DNA of 64,000 nucleotides from Longimicrobiales bacterium (GTDB lineage Bacteria; Gemmatimonadota; Gemmatimonadetes; Longimicrobiales; Gaopeijiaceae), in assembly GCA_965203485.1 (NCBI GenBank), contig OZ241892.1:1536001-1600000 (forward strand), in the 5' to 3' direction. Positions 39,246-49,672 of the stretch are shown one piece after another (position 1 is the first letter of the stretch; each line of letters begins with the position of its first letter). The notes below the pieces were generated by a model. It worked only from the letters and a program-made list of their open reading frames with translations, was not told the DNA's origin and ran no database searches. The position numbers and the translations under genes were made by a program.

Positions 39246-39947
39246 CTAGTGCGGGGCGGCTCCGGCCCCGGTCGAGAGCGACCGGATGCGTCGCACGAGG
39301 GCCGACACGCGGCCGACGATCACGAGAGCAGTCGGTTCTTCCACGAGCATGGCGGGAGCCTTCCCCGCAACGGGGTGCAGCGAGACCCGCGAACCGCGCC
39401 TCTCGGAGCGGTAGTAGTCCGGCGAGCCTTCGACGCTCGCCACGATCAGTTGTCCGTTGGCGAGTTCCTCCCTCAGCACCGGCTCGACGACCAGCTGGTC
39501 GCCCTCCTCGATTCCAAGCGCGCCCAGTTGCGCGTTGGCGCGCACGACGAAGGCGCCCCTGCCTTCCACGAGTTGGCGGTCGAGGGACATGTGGGCGGCG
39601 GCCGGCTTGCGACGCGGGCCGGTGGCCTCGGCCAAGCTGCCGAAGCACGGCATGGACGCCGTCTTGGCGTGCAGGTCGACGCCGAGGATGCGGATTCCCC
39701 TGGAGCGCGAGGGGTCCCTCTCCAGAAAGCCCTTGTCGGCCAACGCCTGCAGGTGCTCGGACACCGTCTTGGTGCTCTTGATGCCGAATTCGCGCCCGAT
39801 CTCGCGGATGGAAGGCTGGTAGGTGCGGGACCGCAGGTAGCTGACCATGAAGTCGAGGATGCCTCGCTCGACGTCTGTCAGGACCGACGTGACCTTCGGG
39901 TCGACGGCCACGGGGGAAGATGCGCCCCGTCCTGGTCCGTTGCTCAT
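39246..39947 (-). CDS. lexA: LexA-like repressor with degenerate S24 peptidase domain
   Basis: LT..ER.ILDFM..YQPSIREIG..FGIKS..TV.EHL.AL..KGFLER...SRGI DNA-binding domain; C-domain keeps GI.EGD.LVV, NGQLIVA and IVGRV but lacks AG, GDSM and VKR. Confidence 0.85.
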   Translation of the reverse strand: MSNGPGRGASSPVAVDPKVTSVLTDVERGILDFMVSYLRSRTYQPSIREIGREFGIKSTKTVSEHLQALADKGFLERDPSRSRGIRILGVDLHAKTASMPCFGSLAEATGPRRKPAAAHMSLDRQLVEGRGAFVVRANAQLGALGIEEGDQLVVEPVLREELANGQLIVASVEGSPDYYRSERRGSRVSLHPVAGKAPAMLVEEPTALVIVGRVSALVRRIRSLSTGAGAAPH

Positions 39948-40167
39948 GCGGTCGGGGTGGCGGGTGGGCGTTGGGGAGGGGCGCAGTCGGGTCGCGCGAG
40001 CGGGCCGGGCTTCGCGACGACGACGGGCGGCAACGTAGGCGCTCGCTTCGCGTGGCGCAAACCGCCGGGCGCCGGACATCCGATCGAGAAGTCCGGCCAT
40101 GGCGGCGGGGTCGGCCGAGGCCGATTCGGGCGGAATGGAGCGGCCCTCTCGTGGGGCCGAAACACGC

Positions 40168-41781
40168 TTACTTCGGCGCCTCGGGCGGTCCTTCGGCCAC
40201 GGCAAGCGCCGACAGCGCCGAGTCGATGCGCCCGAGGGACGGCCGCCGGCCCAGGAGGAGCAGGACGTCGAAGATGCCGGGACTGGCCCCCGACCCCGTG
40301 AGCGCCACCCGCAAGGACTGAAAGACCCTGCCCGCCGCCATGTCCAGCCGGCCTGCGAGGGCTCGGAGCGCGTCCTCCAGGGCGACGGCATCCCAATCCG
40401 CTTCCGCCAGAATCGCGCGCGCGCGCTGGAGGACCCGGACGGCCGCGGCCCGGTCGCGGCCCCAGGCCCTTCGAGCCGCCTTGGGGTCGAAGGCCCCAAC
40501 CGGCCCGACGTAAGGCCGCGCCAGAGCCGCCATCTCCCGCAGCGTGCTGCTCCGCGGGGCCAGCAGCTCGGCGAGCCGGACGAGAGGCCCCGAACCCGTG
40601 CCCGGCCCCAGCACAGGCGACGACGGAGCGAGGGAGCCGGACGGCGGAAGGCCGCATGGCGCGGGCCAGCTGGTTCGCTGCCGATCTCCGGAAGCGCCGG
40701 GTCCCCCAGGCGGCCCCCCGGACGGACCCGCCGGGCGTGCCGGCGGCGCAGCGGCCGCGCGCTCCCGCTCGATCTCCTCCTCCAGCACGGGAATCAGTTC
40801 CTCGGCCAGCCGCTCGGGTCTCATGCGGGTCATGTACTGGCGGTTCAGCCAACGGAGCTTCTCGGCGTCGAAGACGGCCCCCTTGCGGATCACGCGGCCC
40901 AGCCCGAAGCCGGCAACGAGGTCGTGCTCGGCGAGCAGTTCGTCGCCCGTCCCCGGGGACCAGCCCAGCAGGGCCAGGAAGTTGACGAGCGCCGCAGGCA
41001 GTATTCCGTCGCGCCGGTACGCCTGGACCGACTCGGCTCCGTGGCGCTTCGAGAGGCGGCTGCCGTCGGGGCCCAGGATGAGCGGCAGGTGGCCGAACTT
41101 GGGAACGGGCTCGCCGGCGGCGCGGTACAGAAGCGCCTGCTTGGGGGTGTTCGAGACGTGGTCGGCGCCGCGCACCACGTGCGTGACGCCCATTGCGGCG
41201 TCGTCGGACACGACGGCCAGGTTGTACGTGGGCGTGCCGTCGCTTCGCAGGATCACGAAGTCCTCGATCTCTTCGTTGTCGAAGCGCAGGCTCCCGAGCA
41301 CGAGGTCGTCCCAGGCGGTCGCGCCGGCCGGCACGCGAAAGCGCACTGCGAACGTCCGCCCTTCGGACGCCAGGCGGTCGCGCTCCTCCGCGGACCAGCG
41401 TGCTGCGAGCATTCGGGGCAACCGAGTGACGGCGCCCGTGCCGGCCGCGACAGCCGCCTCGCGTGCGCGGACGTACTCGTCGGGCGGCGTGAAGTCTCGG
41501 TACGCAAGCCCCTGGTTCAGGAGGCGCAACGCCAGCTCGCGGTGCCGCTCGGACCCCGCGGCCTGGAACACGGGCTCCTCGTCCCACCCGATTCCGAGCC
41601 AGGCCAGCGCGTCCAATATCTCCTCGACGTGCGCGGGCAGGCTGCGTTCGCGGTCCGTGTCCTCGATGCGCAGCAGAAACTGCCCGCCGTGCCGCTTTGC
41701 CAGGAGCCAGTTGAAGAGCGCGGTTCGGGCGCCGCCGACGTGAAGGGCGCCGGTCGGGGACGGCGCGAAGCGTACCCTCAC
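40168..41781 (-). CDS. gltX: Glutamate--tRNA ligase
   Basis: RVRFAPSPTG.LHVGG, LRIEDTD, VVRGADH, RLSKR, FD.EKL.WLN. Confidence 0.96.
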   Translation of the reverse strand: MRVRFAPSPTGALHVGGARTALFNWLLAKRHGGQFLLRIEDTDRERSLPAHVEEILDALAWLGIGWDEEPVFQAAGSERHRELALRLLNQGLAYRDFTPPDEYVRAREAAVAAGTGAVTRLPRMLAARWSAEERDRLASEGRTFAVRFRVPAGATAWDDLVLGSLRFDNEEIEDFVILRSDGTPTYNLAVVSDDAAMGVTHVVRGADHVSNTPKQALLYRAAGEPVPKFGHLPLILGPDGSRLSKRHGAESVQAYRRDGILPAALVNFLALLGWSPGTGDELLAEHDLVAGFGLGRVIRKGAVFDAEKLRWLNRQYMTRMRPERLAEELIPVLEEEIERERAAAAPPARPAGPSGGPPGGPGASGDRQRTSWPAPCGLPPSGSLAPSSPVLGPGTGSGPLVRLAELLAPRSSTLREMAALARPYVGPVGAFDPKAARRAWGRDRAAAVRVLQRARAILAEADWDAVALEDALRALAGRLDMAAGRVFQSLRVALTGSGASPGIFDVLLLLGRRPSLGRIDSALSALAVAEGPPEAPK

Positions 41782-44700
41782 GCGGCAGCGCGTTCGCGAC
41801 GGCGCTCGAACAGGTAGTAGAGGCCCGGCGTGGCGGCGAGCACCAGGAAGGTGGACGACAGAAGACCGCCGATCATCGTGTAGGCGAGAGCGTTCCACAC
41901 GTTGGCGTCGGCGCTCGTGCTGAACAGCACCAGCGGCAGCATGCCCGTGATCGTGGTTGCGGCGGTCATCAGTATCGGGCGGGCGCGCTCCACCGTGCCT
42001 GCCACGAGCGCGTCGTGCAGGCTGAGCCCTCGGTCTGTCCTGATCCTGTTTACGTGATGCACCAGGAGAATCGCGTTGTTGACGACGACGCCTCCCATCA
42101 TGATCACGCCGATGCTCGCTTCGCGCGTGAACGGAGTGTCCAGGATCAAGAACAGGCTGAAGACCCCGATCAGCGCCATCGGCACCGTGAGCAGCACGCA
42201 GAGGGGGAGCAGAAACGACTCGAAGAGCGCCGCCGTGACCATGTACACGAGGACGATGGAGACGATCAGCACCAACCGCATCTGGTTCTTCTCGCTCTGG
42301 CTGATCGAAAAGCTGTCGCTCCGTTTGACGGTGTATCCCGGAGGCACTTCGGTCAACGAGACCACTGCGTCGCTCGTCGCCGACCCAAACTTGTACGATC
42401 CTCGAAACTCGTAGCCCACCGTCCGTTCGTACTGCTGGTCCTCCCGGCGAATGCGCGCCAGCACGTCGCGCGAATCGACGTTCACCACGTCGCCCAAGCG
42501 CACGGGCACGCCGTCGGCGTTGAGGACGAGAGTCTCGACCAGCTCGTGAACGTCGATGTCGCGACTGCCCTCCAGCTTCACCTCGTAGTCGACCTCGTCG
42601 CCGCCGAGCTTAAGGGTGCTTCGGCCCGCGTTGCCCCGGACCGCCGCCAGCACTTGGCGCGAAAGGTTGTCCACCGGCATGTTCTGGAACGCGGCCACGG
42701 CGCGACGGATGTCCACCGCGAATTCCGCCGTCCTTTCGTCGCTGGAGAAGTACCCGCGTTGCGCGTTCGTGTTCACGTCGCGGACGCGCGGCAAGCGTCC
42801 CAGCCGCGTGCCGATGTCCTCGGCAATGTCGCGTACCTTCTCGTAGTTGTATCCCAGCACCTGAATCCTGAACTGAGGCGCTCCTCCCCCACCGCCGTAG
42901 AACGACGGACCGTATCCATAGACACGCACGTCGGCGCCCGTGAATCCGAGCGAGAACGCATAGAGCTGGTCCTTGATCATGACCGGGATGTTCGTGTGCT
43001 CGACCTCGTCGCGAAAATACACGTTGGTGTAGCTCTCCGTGCCTTGCACGTTGGACACGAACTGCTTGACTTCGGGCATCAGCCGCAAGCGCTCCTCGAA
43101 GTAGCTGGTCAGCTCGTCCACGCGTTCCAAGTCCGAGCCTCGAGGCAAGCTGATGTTGATCGCGACGTACGTGGACGGCGCCCAGCTTCCGCGCCACGTC
43201 ACGCCCGTGACGACGTTCTTCTCGAACAGATACCCCGAACCCGCGAGGAGCAATGCGCCGATCGCCACCACGACCCACGGCCAGCGCAGCGTTCGCACCA
43301 CGAGACCGTGGTAGAAGCGCTCGTAGACGGGCGGCCGTCCGGCGTCCGGCGCCGCCGATGCCCCCTGGGCGGACTTCCGGGTCGGCAACAACTTGCCCGC
43401 GAGCGCCGGGATCAAGCTGAACGCCACGACCAACGAGGCCAGCAACGTCATCGCCACGACGACCGCCATCGGCAGGTAGTAGACGCGGAGCTCGCCTTGC
43501 ATGTAGACGAACGGAGCGAAGACGATCAGCGTCGTCGCCGTCGCCGCCAAGACCGGAAGGACGACGTGAGCCGCGCCCTGGCGAACCGATTCGGTCACCG
43601 ATCGTCCGCGCTGCCATCGCCGATAGATGTTCTCCAGGACCACGATGGAATTGTCCACGATCAGCCCGAATCCCATGGCCAAGCCCATCAGCGTAAAGAT
43701 GTTCAGGGAAAGGCCCGACCAGTAGATCAGGTTGAGGGCGATGAGCACGGAGAAAGCGATCGTCGTGAAGACGACCAACGACGAACGGAACGAGCGGAGG
43801 AACAGCAACAGCACGCAGAAGATGACGGCAACGGAAACCAGGGCGCGATTCCTCAGGTCGGAAAGCTGGCTGCGGATCTGCTCGCTCTCGTCGGAGTCGA
43901 GGAGCAGGCGCGTGTTGGCGGGGAGGACTTGTTCCACGGCCGCGATGCGCTCCTTCACTCGGTCGGCGACGCGCACCGTGTTGGCTCCGATCTCCTTCCG
44001 AAGGACGACGCCCACGGCCGGGCGGCCGTTGACGCGATAATGGCTGACAACGTCGTGGTGCGTGTCGCGCACTCTCGCAACGTCCGCGACGCGCACCACT
44101 CGGTCCTCGCTCGTCGTGAGAATCGCGTTGCGGACGTCCTGGGCCGATGCAGCGCGGTTCTGGATCGTGACCGTCCATTCGTTGTCGCCGGAGCGCACGG
44201 CGCCGGCTTCCTGGACCAGGTCGAGGTCGCCGATCTTGGTGGCCACGGCGTACGGGTTCAGATTGAACGCGGCCATCAAGTCCTTGTCCAACTCGACTTC
44301 GAGCAGCCTGTCGCGGCCGCCGCGCACAACGACCAGCGCTACGCCCTCGACGCGTTGCAGCTCGGGCACCACCTGCTCCTCCAGATAGTGCCTGAGGAAC
44401 TCGAGGGTACGAGCGCCCGTGAAGGTGTACGCAAGAAATGGCCGGCGCTGCTCTTGCACCTCGGGCGGCAGGTACGGCTGCACGCCGATGCGGTCCAGTC
44501 CGGGGGGGAGTTCGTTCTCCTCCAGGGTTGCCAGCCGCTCCGACAAGTCCAGCCGCGCGAAGTCCATGTCCGTGTCCCGGGCAAACCAGACTTCGATGCG
44601 GGCGCTTCCTTCCTCGGACGTGGAAATGACCTTTTCCGTGCCGGGCACCAGCTGCACTGCGGCCTCGATCGGCGACGTCACGAAGGCTTCGATCGTCTCC

Positions 44701-44861
44701 GGCGAAGCGCCCCACCAAGAGGCCGTCACTGTGAGGCGCGGCAGGCGCGCGTCCGGGTAGAACTCGAGGGGAACGTTGCGAAACGCGGCGAAGCCCAGCA
44801 GGGCCACGGCGACGTAGCCCATCGCGACGGCCACGGGACGGCGCAGGCTCCCCCGGATCAT
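41778..44861 (-). CDS. RND efflux permease (AcrB/MdtC-like), second copy
   Basis: RPVAVAM, IVDNSIVVLENI, ALFESF..P, VVNNAI, RARPILMT. Confidence 0.93.
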   Translation of the reverse strand: MIRGSLRRPVAVAMGYVAVALLGFAAFRNVPLEFYPDARLPRLTVTASWWGASPETIEAFVTSPIEAAVQLVPGTEKVISTSEEGSARIEVWFARDTDMDFARLDLSERLATLEENELPPGLDRIGVQPYLPPEVQEQRRPFLAYTFTGARTLEFLRHYLEEQVVPELQRVEGVALVVVRGGRDRLLEVELDKDLMAAFNLNPYAVATKIGDLDLVQEAGAVRSGDNEWTVTIQNRAASAQDVRNAILTTSEDRVVRVADVARVRDTHHDVVSHYRVNGRPAVGVVLRKEIGANTVRVADRVKERIAAVEQVLPANTRLLLDSDESEQIRSQLSDLRNRALVSVAVIFCVLLLFLRSFRSSLVVFTTIAFSVLIALNLIYWSGLSLNIFTLMGLAMGFGLIVDNSIVVLENIYRRWQRGRSVTESVRQGAAHVVLPVLAATATTLIVFAPFVYMQGELRVYYLPMAVVVAMTLLASLVVAFSLIPALAGKLLPTRKSAQGASAAPDAGRPPVYERFYHGLVVRTLRWPWVVVAIGALLLAGSGYLFEKNVVTGVTWRGSWAPSTYVAINISLPRGSDLERVDELTSYFEERLRLMPEVKQFVSNVQGTESYTNVYFRDEVEHTNIPVMIKDQLYAFSLGFTGADVRVYGYGPSFYGGGGGAPQFRIQVLGYNYEKVRDIAEDIGTRLGRLPRVRDVNTNAQRGYFSSDERTAEFAVDIRRAVAAFQNMPVDNLSRQVLAAVRGNAGRSTLKLGGDEVDYEVKLEGSRDIDVHELVETLVLNADGVPVRLGDVVNVDSRDVLARIRREDQQYERTVGYEFRGSYKFGSATSDAVVSLTEVPPGYTVKRSDSFSISQSEKNQMRLVLIVSIVLVYMVTAALFESFLLPLCVLLTVPMALIGVFSLFLILDTPFTREASIGVIMMGGVVVNNAILLVHHVNRIRTDRGLSLHDALVAGTVERARPILMTAATTITGMLPLVLFSTSADANVWNALAYTMIGGLLSSTFLVLAATPGLYYLFERRRERAAA

Positions 44862-47800
44862 CCGGCCGGCTCCGGAGCGGGCGCGGCGTCGGCGGACGCG
44901 CGGCGCCGGCGTCCCACCGGCGCCAGGGCGCGGAGGTCTTCCATGACCGAGTAGGTGACCGGCACGACGACCAACGTGAGCGCGGTGGCCACCACGAGGC
45001 CGCCGATGACCGACACCGCCATCGGAGCCCGCAGGTCGGCGCCGCGCCCCAGACCCAGAGCCATCGGCGCCAAGCCCAGCACGGTCGTGACCGTCGTCAT
45101 CACGATGGGCCTGAGCCGCACTTCGCCGGCCTTGAGGATCGCGGCTCGAAGGCCGCTTCCGCGTCCACGCGCCTGGTTGATGAAGTCGACCTTCACGATG
45201 GCGTCGTTGACCACGATGCCCACGAGAATGACGATGCCGATCAAGCTCATCGTGTTCATCCCCTGCCCGGCCAGCGCCAAGGCCAGGATGGCTCCGACCA
45301 GCGCCAACGGCACGGCGGTGAGGATCGTGAACGGGTGGACGAAGGACTCGAACTGCGCGGCCAAGATCATGTAGACGAGCAGCAGGGCGAGCCCGAACGC
45401 AAACGCCAAGTCGCGAAACGACCTTCGCATTTCCTCGTTCTCGCCTCCCACCTCCACGCGCACGGCGGCCGGCGTGCTCATCGCCGCCATCGCTTCGTCC
45501 ACGGCCGCGATCGCGCCTCCCAAGCCCCCCGAAGCCACGTCCGCGTAGACGGTGATCAACCTCGCCTGTTCTTCGTGCCGAATCTCGGCCGGCCCGATCG
45601 TCTCGCGCACGTCCACGAGCTCGGCCAGCGGCACGCCCTCGACCCGAAGCAGGTCGAGCGTCTTCGCGTCGTACCGCAACGAGTCGGGCAGGCGCACGAC
45701 CACGGGGATCTTGCGGTCGAAGTCCACGAACTCGGTGGCCCGGCGCCCGCGCATCGACGTGGCGATCACTTCGGCCACCAGGCGCGGCTCGCGGCTGTAC
45801 TGGGCCGCCGCGTCGCGGTCGATGCTCACTTGGTACTGCGGCTGGCCGCGCTCCGAGCCGATGCGCACGTTCCTGACTTCCGGGACTTCGGCCGCGAGGC
45901 GGCGTTCGACCTCCTCGGCGAAGGCGTAGGCCGTCTCCAAGTCCTCCGACACGAGGCGAACCGCGATGTCCGCCTCGGTGCCGCCGAGCAGTTGTCCGAG
46001 CGCCGTGGCTTGGCCGGTCTCGAACGCGAGAGCGCCCGCCGGAAGCGCCGCCGATGCCTCGGCCCGGATACGTTCCAGCACCGCTTCCGTCTTGGCGTCG
46101 CCGCCGAGCCGCACCTGCAGGACGGCCGTGTTGACGCCGGCAGCCTCCTCCTGCTCGCCTGCGGTCTGCACGTCGCGGCCGATGCGGCTGAAGACCGCGT
46201 CCACGCCCGGATCGTCGAGCAGGATGCGTTCCAGGTCGCCGACCAGCTCGGCCGTTGCGGTCAACGCCGTGCCTTCCGGCAAGTCGACGCTCACCGAGAA
46301 CACGCCCTGGTCCACGTCGGGAAGCAGATCCGTCTCGAGCGCCGAGGCGAGCAGCATCGAACCGGCAAGCGCCGCGCCGGCGATCCCCAGGACCCGTGCC
46401 CGGCGATCCAAGGCTCGGTCGAGGAGGCGGTGGTACCAACCGGCGAAGGCGGCGAAGGCGCGGTCGAACGCCTGGAACAAGGGCGAAAACGCCGCGGCGC
46501 CCGCCCTTCGCGCCAGGTCCGTCCAAAACGCGACGAGTTGGCGGGCGACGGAGAAGAGGACCGCGAGCGCGCGAAACGGCAGCCGGGCCAGCCACCCCAG
46601 CGCGCGGCCCACGCGCCGCCAGAACCCGGCCCGGAGTTCGGCCGCGCCTGCCGCGGGGGCCGGCGGCGGAACCGCGCGCGCGCCGCGAAGGTTGCCCGCC
46701 ATCGTCGGCAGCAACGTGAGCGCCACCAGAAGGCTCGCCAAGAGCGAGAACGCGACCGCCAGCGAAAGCGCGCCGAAGAGTTCGCCGGCGACCCCCTGCA
46801 CGTAGATGATGGGGCCGAACACCGAGATCGTGGTGAGCGTGGAAGCCGTGATCGCGCCTTGGACCTCTTCGGCGCCCTTGGCCGCGGCTTCGAGAAGCGG
46901 GGCCCCCGCTTGGCGGTGGCGGAAGATGTTCTCCAGCACGATGATGGAGTTGTCCACGAGCATGCCGACGCCGAGCGCGAGCCCGCCCAGACTCATGATG
47001 TTCAGCGAAACGCCGAAGGCGTCCATGAGGGCGAACGTGCAGATCACGGACACGGGAATCGCGAGCGACACGGCTACCGGGTACCTGGGATCGCGCAGGA
47101 AGAAGAAGAGCACGACGAACGCCAGAAGGCCCCCGAGCACCAGCGCCTGGACCACGTTGTTGATCGAGTCCGCGATGAACGTGGCTTGGTTGGACGCGAC
47201 CTCGACCGCGAACTCCGGGTACTCCTCGGCCAGCAGGTCCAGCGTCGCCTGCACCTCCCCGGACACCGCCACGGTGTTCGCGTTCGGTTCCTTGTAGACG
47301 AGGATGCCGACCGATTCCAAGCCGTCGTAGCGGGCGATCGCTTCGCGTTCGGCGAATCCGTCGACCACGGTCGCCACGTCCGACAAGCGCACCAAGTGGT
47401 ACGGCGACGCCTCCGCCCCGGGCGGCTCCGGGGAACGTCCCCCGGGCTGCGGGCTCGCGCCCCGCCCACCGCTTCCTCCGCGCCGCGCCACGACGACGTG
47501 GCGAATCTCCTCGACCGACTGGAACTCCCCCAGCGTCCGGAGCGGGTACCGGTAGCGCCCCTGAAGCACCGACCCTCCCGGCGACGAATAGTTGGCTCGC
47601 TCCAAGCCCTGGACGATGTCGTCGAAGGCGACGCCGTAGGTCTCCATGAGCACGGGATCGGCCTCGACCTGTATCTCGCGGTCGAGACCGCCGGTGACGC
47701 TTGCCTGAGCCACGCCGTCCAGCTGCTCCAGCCGTCGCCGAAAGATCGTCTCGGCGATCTCCTTGTTGCGAAGCAGGTCGTCCCGCCCGGTCTCGGCCGA

Positions 47801-48253
47801 AGCGCCGGCGGCGTCGGCTCGCGAGATCGACACAGTCATGATCGGCTCGGCCTGCGGATCGACGCGCAGGATGTTGGGCCGGGCGGCCGTCTCCGGCAGG
47901 GTTTGGCGGATGTTGTCCAGGCGCTCGCGGACGTTCAGGGTGGCGAAGTCCATGTCCGTGCCCCACGCGAAGCGCAGCGTCACGAGGCTGACGCCTTCCT
48001 GCGAGACCGACGTGACCTTCTCGACGCCGGGGACCGCCGCCGCCTGTGCTTCGATCGGCTCCGTGACGAGCCGCTCGACCTCGGCCGGCGCCACGTCCGA
48101 GTAGGCCGTGTGGACCACCAAGCGCGGGAAGCTGACGTCGGGGAGCAGGTCGATCGGCAGGCGCGCATAGGAGATCGCGCCCAGCAGCACGACCGCGAGG
48201 ACCAGCATCGCGACCGCGACGGGCCGTCGAGTGCACGTCCGGGGAACGGACAC
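44858..48253 (-). CDS. RND efflux permease (AcrB/MdtB-like), first copy
   Basis: LPIDLLPD, GMLVDNSIIVLENI, ASTLTT, AAQFES..HP, RLRPIVMT. Confidence 0.94.
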   Translation of the reverse strand: MSVPRTCTRRPVAVAMLVLAVVLLGAISYARLPIDLLPDVSFPRLVVHTAYSDVAPAEVERLVTEPIEAQAAAVPGVEKVTSVSQEGVSLVTLRFAWGTDMDFATLNVRERLDNIRQTLPETAARPNILRVDPQAEPIMTVSISRADAAGASAETGRDDLLRNKEIAETIFRRRLEQLDGVAQASVTGGLDREIQVEADPVLMETYGVAFDDIVQGLERANYSSPGGSVLQGRYRYPLRTLGEFQSVEEIRHVVVARRGGSGGRGASPQPGGRSPEPPGAEASPYHLVRLSDVATVVDGFAEREAIARYDGLESVGILVYKEPNANTVAVSGEVQATLDLLAEEYPEFAVEVASNQATFIADSINNVVQALVLGGLLAFVVLFFFLRDPRYPVAVSLAIPVSVICTFALMDAFGVSLNIMSLGGLALGVGMLVDNSIIVLENIFRHRQAGAPLLEAAAKGAEEVQGAITASTLTTISVFGPIIYVQGVAGELFGALSLAVAFSLLASLLVALTLLPTMAGNLRGARAVPPPAPAAGAAELRAGFWRRVGRALGWLARLPFRALAVLFSVARQLVAFWTDLARRAGAAAFSPLFQAFDRAFAAFAGWYHRLLDRALDRRARVLGIAGAALAGSMLLASALETDLLPDVDQGVFSVSVDLPEGTALTATAELVGDLERILLDDPGVDAVFSRIGRDVQTAGEQEEAAGVNTAVLQVRLGGDAKTEAVLERIRAEASAALPAGALAFETGQATALGQLLGGTEADIAVRLVSEDLETAYAFAEEVERRLAAEVPEVRNVRIGSERGQPQYQVSIDRDAAAQYSREPRLVAEVIATSMRGRRATEFVDFDRKIPVVVRLPDSLRYDAKTLDLLRVEGVPLAELVDVRETIGPAEIRHEEQARLITVYADVASGGLGGAIAAVDEAMAAMSTPAAVRVEVGGENEEMRRSFRDLAFAFGLALLLVYMILAAQFESFVHPFTILTAVPLALVGAILALALAGQGMNTMSLIGIVILVGIVVNDAIVKVDFINQARGRGSGLRAAILKAGEVRLRPIVMTTVTTVLGLAPMALGLGRGADLRAPMAVSVIGGLVVATALTLVVVPVTYSVMEDLRALAPVGRRRRASADAAPAPEPAG

Positions 48254-48256
48254 GGA

Positions 48257-49672
48257 TCAGCCTCCGGGCGGCACGGTCTCCGGCGCCGGGGCGCCGGGGC
48301 GGCCGAACAGCCCGGCGGCCTCGTGCAGGCTCACCAGAACGGCCGCGAACTCGTAGCTCTGGTCGACCGAGTCGCGCAGCGCCGACGCCCGCTCGCGCAC
48401 GGCCGCCCTCAGCTCCTCCACCGACTTGACGGCCAGCTCGTACTCCTCTCGCACGATGGCGAGGCGGCGCTCGGCGACGTCCAAGCGGCGCGCGAGTTCC
48501 GTGGCCGACCGCCACGCGGACTCGAGGTCCACGAACTGGACGCGAACCTGCCGCTCGACGTCCAGCTCGATTTGGCGAATCGACTCGGTGGCGTTCCGCA
48601 TTTCGACGTCGGCTTGGGCGATCGCGAAAGACGTCTGGAACTGCCTGAAGATCGGCACGGACATGCTCACCGACACTCCGCCGGACACGTCCCTGGGACT
48701 CATGTCGAACAGGGCGGCGCTCTTCGAGGCGTACGAGCTCCGCCTGAAGCTGCCGGTCACGGTAAGGGTCGGCCAGCGCGTGGCCTTCTCGCTTCTGAGC
48801 GACGCCTGCTGGACGGACAGCGACGCGCGGGCCTCGTCGACGCGCGGACTCGCCTCCATCGCGCGGGCGACGAGCTCGTCCACGTCGAGTTCGGCTGGAT
48901 CGAAGACCCTGGGCGCGGCTCCGTCCACATCGATCTCGCCGAGCGAGGGATCGCCAAGATTGGCGCGCAGCTCGTAGAGCGCCTTGCCGAGGGCGGCGCG
49001 GGCGTTGTTCACCGCCGTCTGCTGGGCCTCGAGGTCGAGCTGGGCGGCCAGCACGTCCGAACGACCGATCGCCGCAATTTCGAAGCGGCTCCGCGCGAGA
49101 TCCATGTCTCGCTCCCGCTCGGCCAGGAGTTCTTCCTCGACTGCCAGCTTCGCCTTCTGGCGCTGGGCCGCGAGGAAGTGGCGCCGGGTCACGGCCTGGA
49201 TGCCGTTCAGCTCGCGGTCGCCGGCGCGGCGGGTCATCTCCGCCTGGGCCCGCGCGCGGGCGAGATCGTGAAAGCGACGTCCGCCCTGGAAGACGTCGAC
49301 CGCGATCGACGCGCCCTGGCTCGCGCTCGAGTTCTTGATCGTCTTGACGTCTTGGCGCTCGATCGGATTGTCGAAGTTGTCGAACGCCGTCGATCGCCTG
49401 CTGAAGCTCTGGCCGGTGTTGTAGCTCAGGCTGAGGTTGGGGAGGAACGCACCCCACGCTTGGCGCGCCTGCGGGCCGGCCAGTTCGACCCGGTTCAGGG
49501 CTTGGCGGTACTGCGGGTTGTGCCGGGCGGCCCGCGCGAGCGCCTCTTCGAGCGTCAGCACGGTGACCTCCTGCTGGGCCGCGGCCACGGCGGGCAAGGC
49601 GGACAACGCCGCGAGCCACGCCCACGCCAGGAGGGCCGATCTTCGCGCCCGCACCCGGCCGGCCGCGCTCAT
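48257..49672 (-). CDS. TolC-family outer membrane protein
   Basis: Signal peptide, LTLEEAL..A..HNP, two OEP-like halves. Confidence 0.9.
   Translation of the reverse strand: MSAAGRVRARRSALLAWAWLAALSALPAVAAAQQEVTVLTLEEALARAARHNPQYRQALNRVELAGPQARQAWGAFLPNLSLSYNTGQSFSRRSTAFDNFDNPIERQDVKTIKNSSASQGASIAVDVFQGGRRFHDLARARAQAEMTRRAGDRELNGIQAVTRRHFLAAQRQKAKLAVEEELLAERERDMDLARSRFEIAAIGRSDVLAAQLDLEAQQTAVNNARAALGKALYELRANLGDPSLGEIDVDGAAPRVFDPAELDVDELVARAMEASPRVDEARASLSVQQASLRSEKATRWPTLTVTGSFRRSSYASKSAALFDMSPRDVSGGVSVSMSVPIFRQFQTSFAIAQADVEMRNATESIRQIELDVERQVRVQFVDLESAWRSATELARRLDVAERRLAIVREEYELAVKSVEELRAAVRERASALRDSVDQSYEFAAVLVSLHEAAGLFGRPGAPAPETVPPGG

Noticed and set aside
39948..40167. LexA operator upstream of lexA
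   Set aside because: No clear palindrome I can support without comparative data
41778..49625. 2615-aa ORF (likewise the long ORFs 4969-10059, 8778-12092, 35906-38644)
   Set aside because: Only the C-terminal parts are real genes; the upstream extensions are stop-free off-frames of neighbouring sequence
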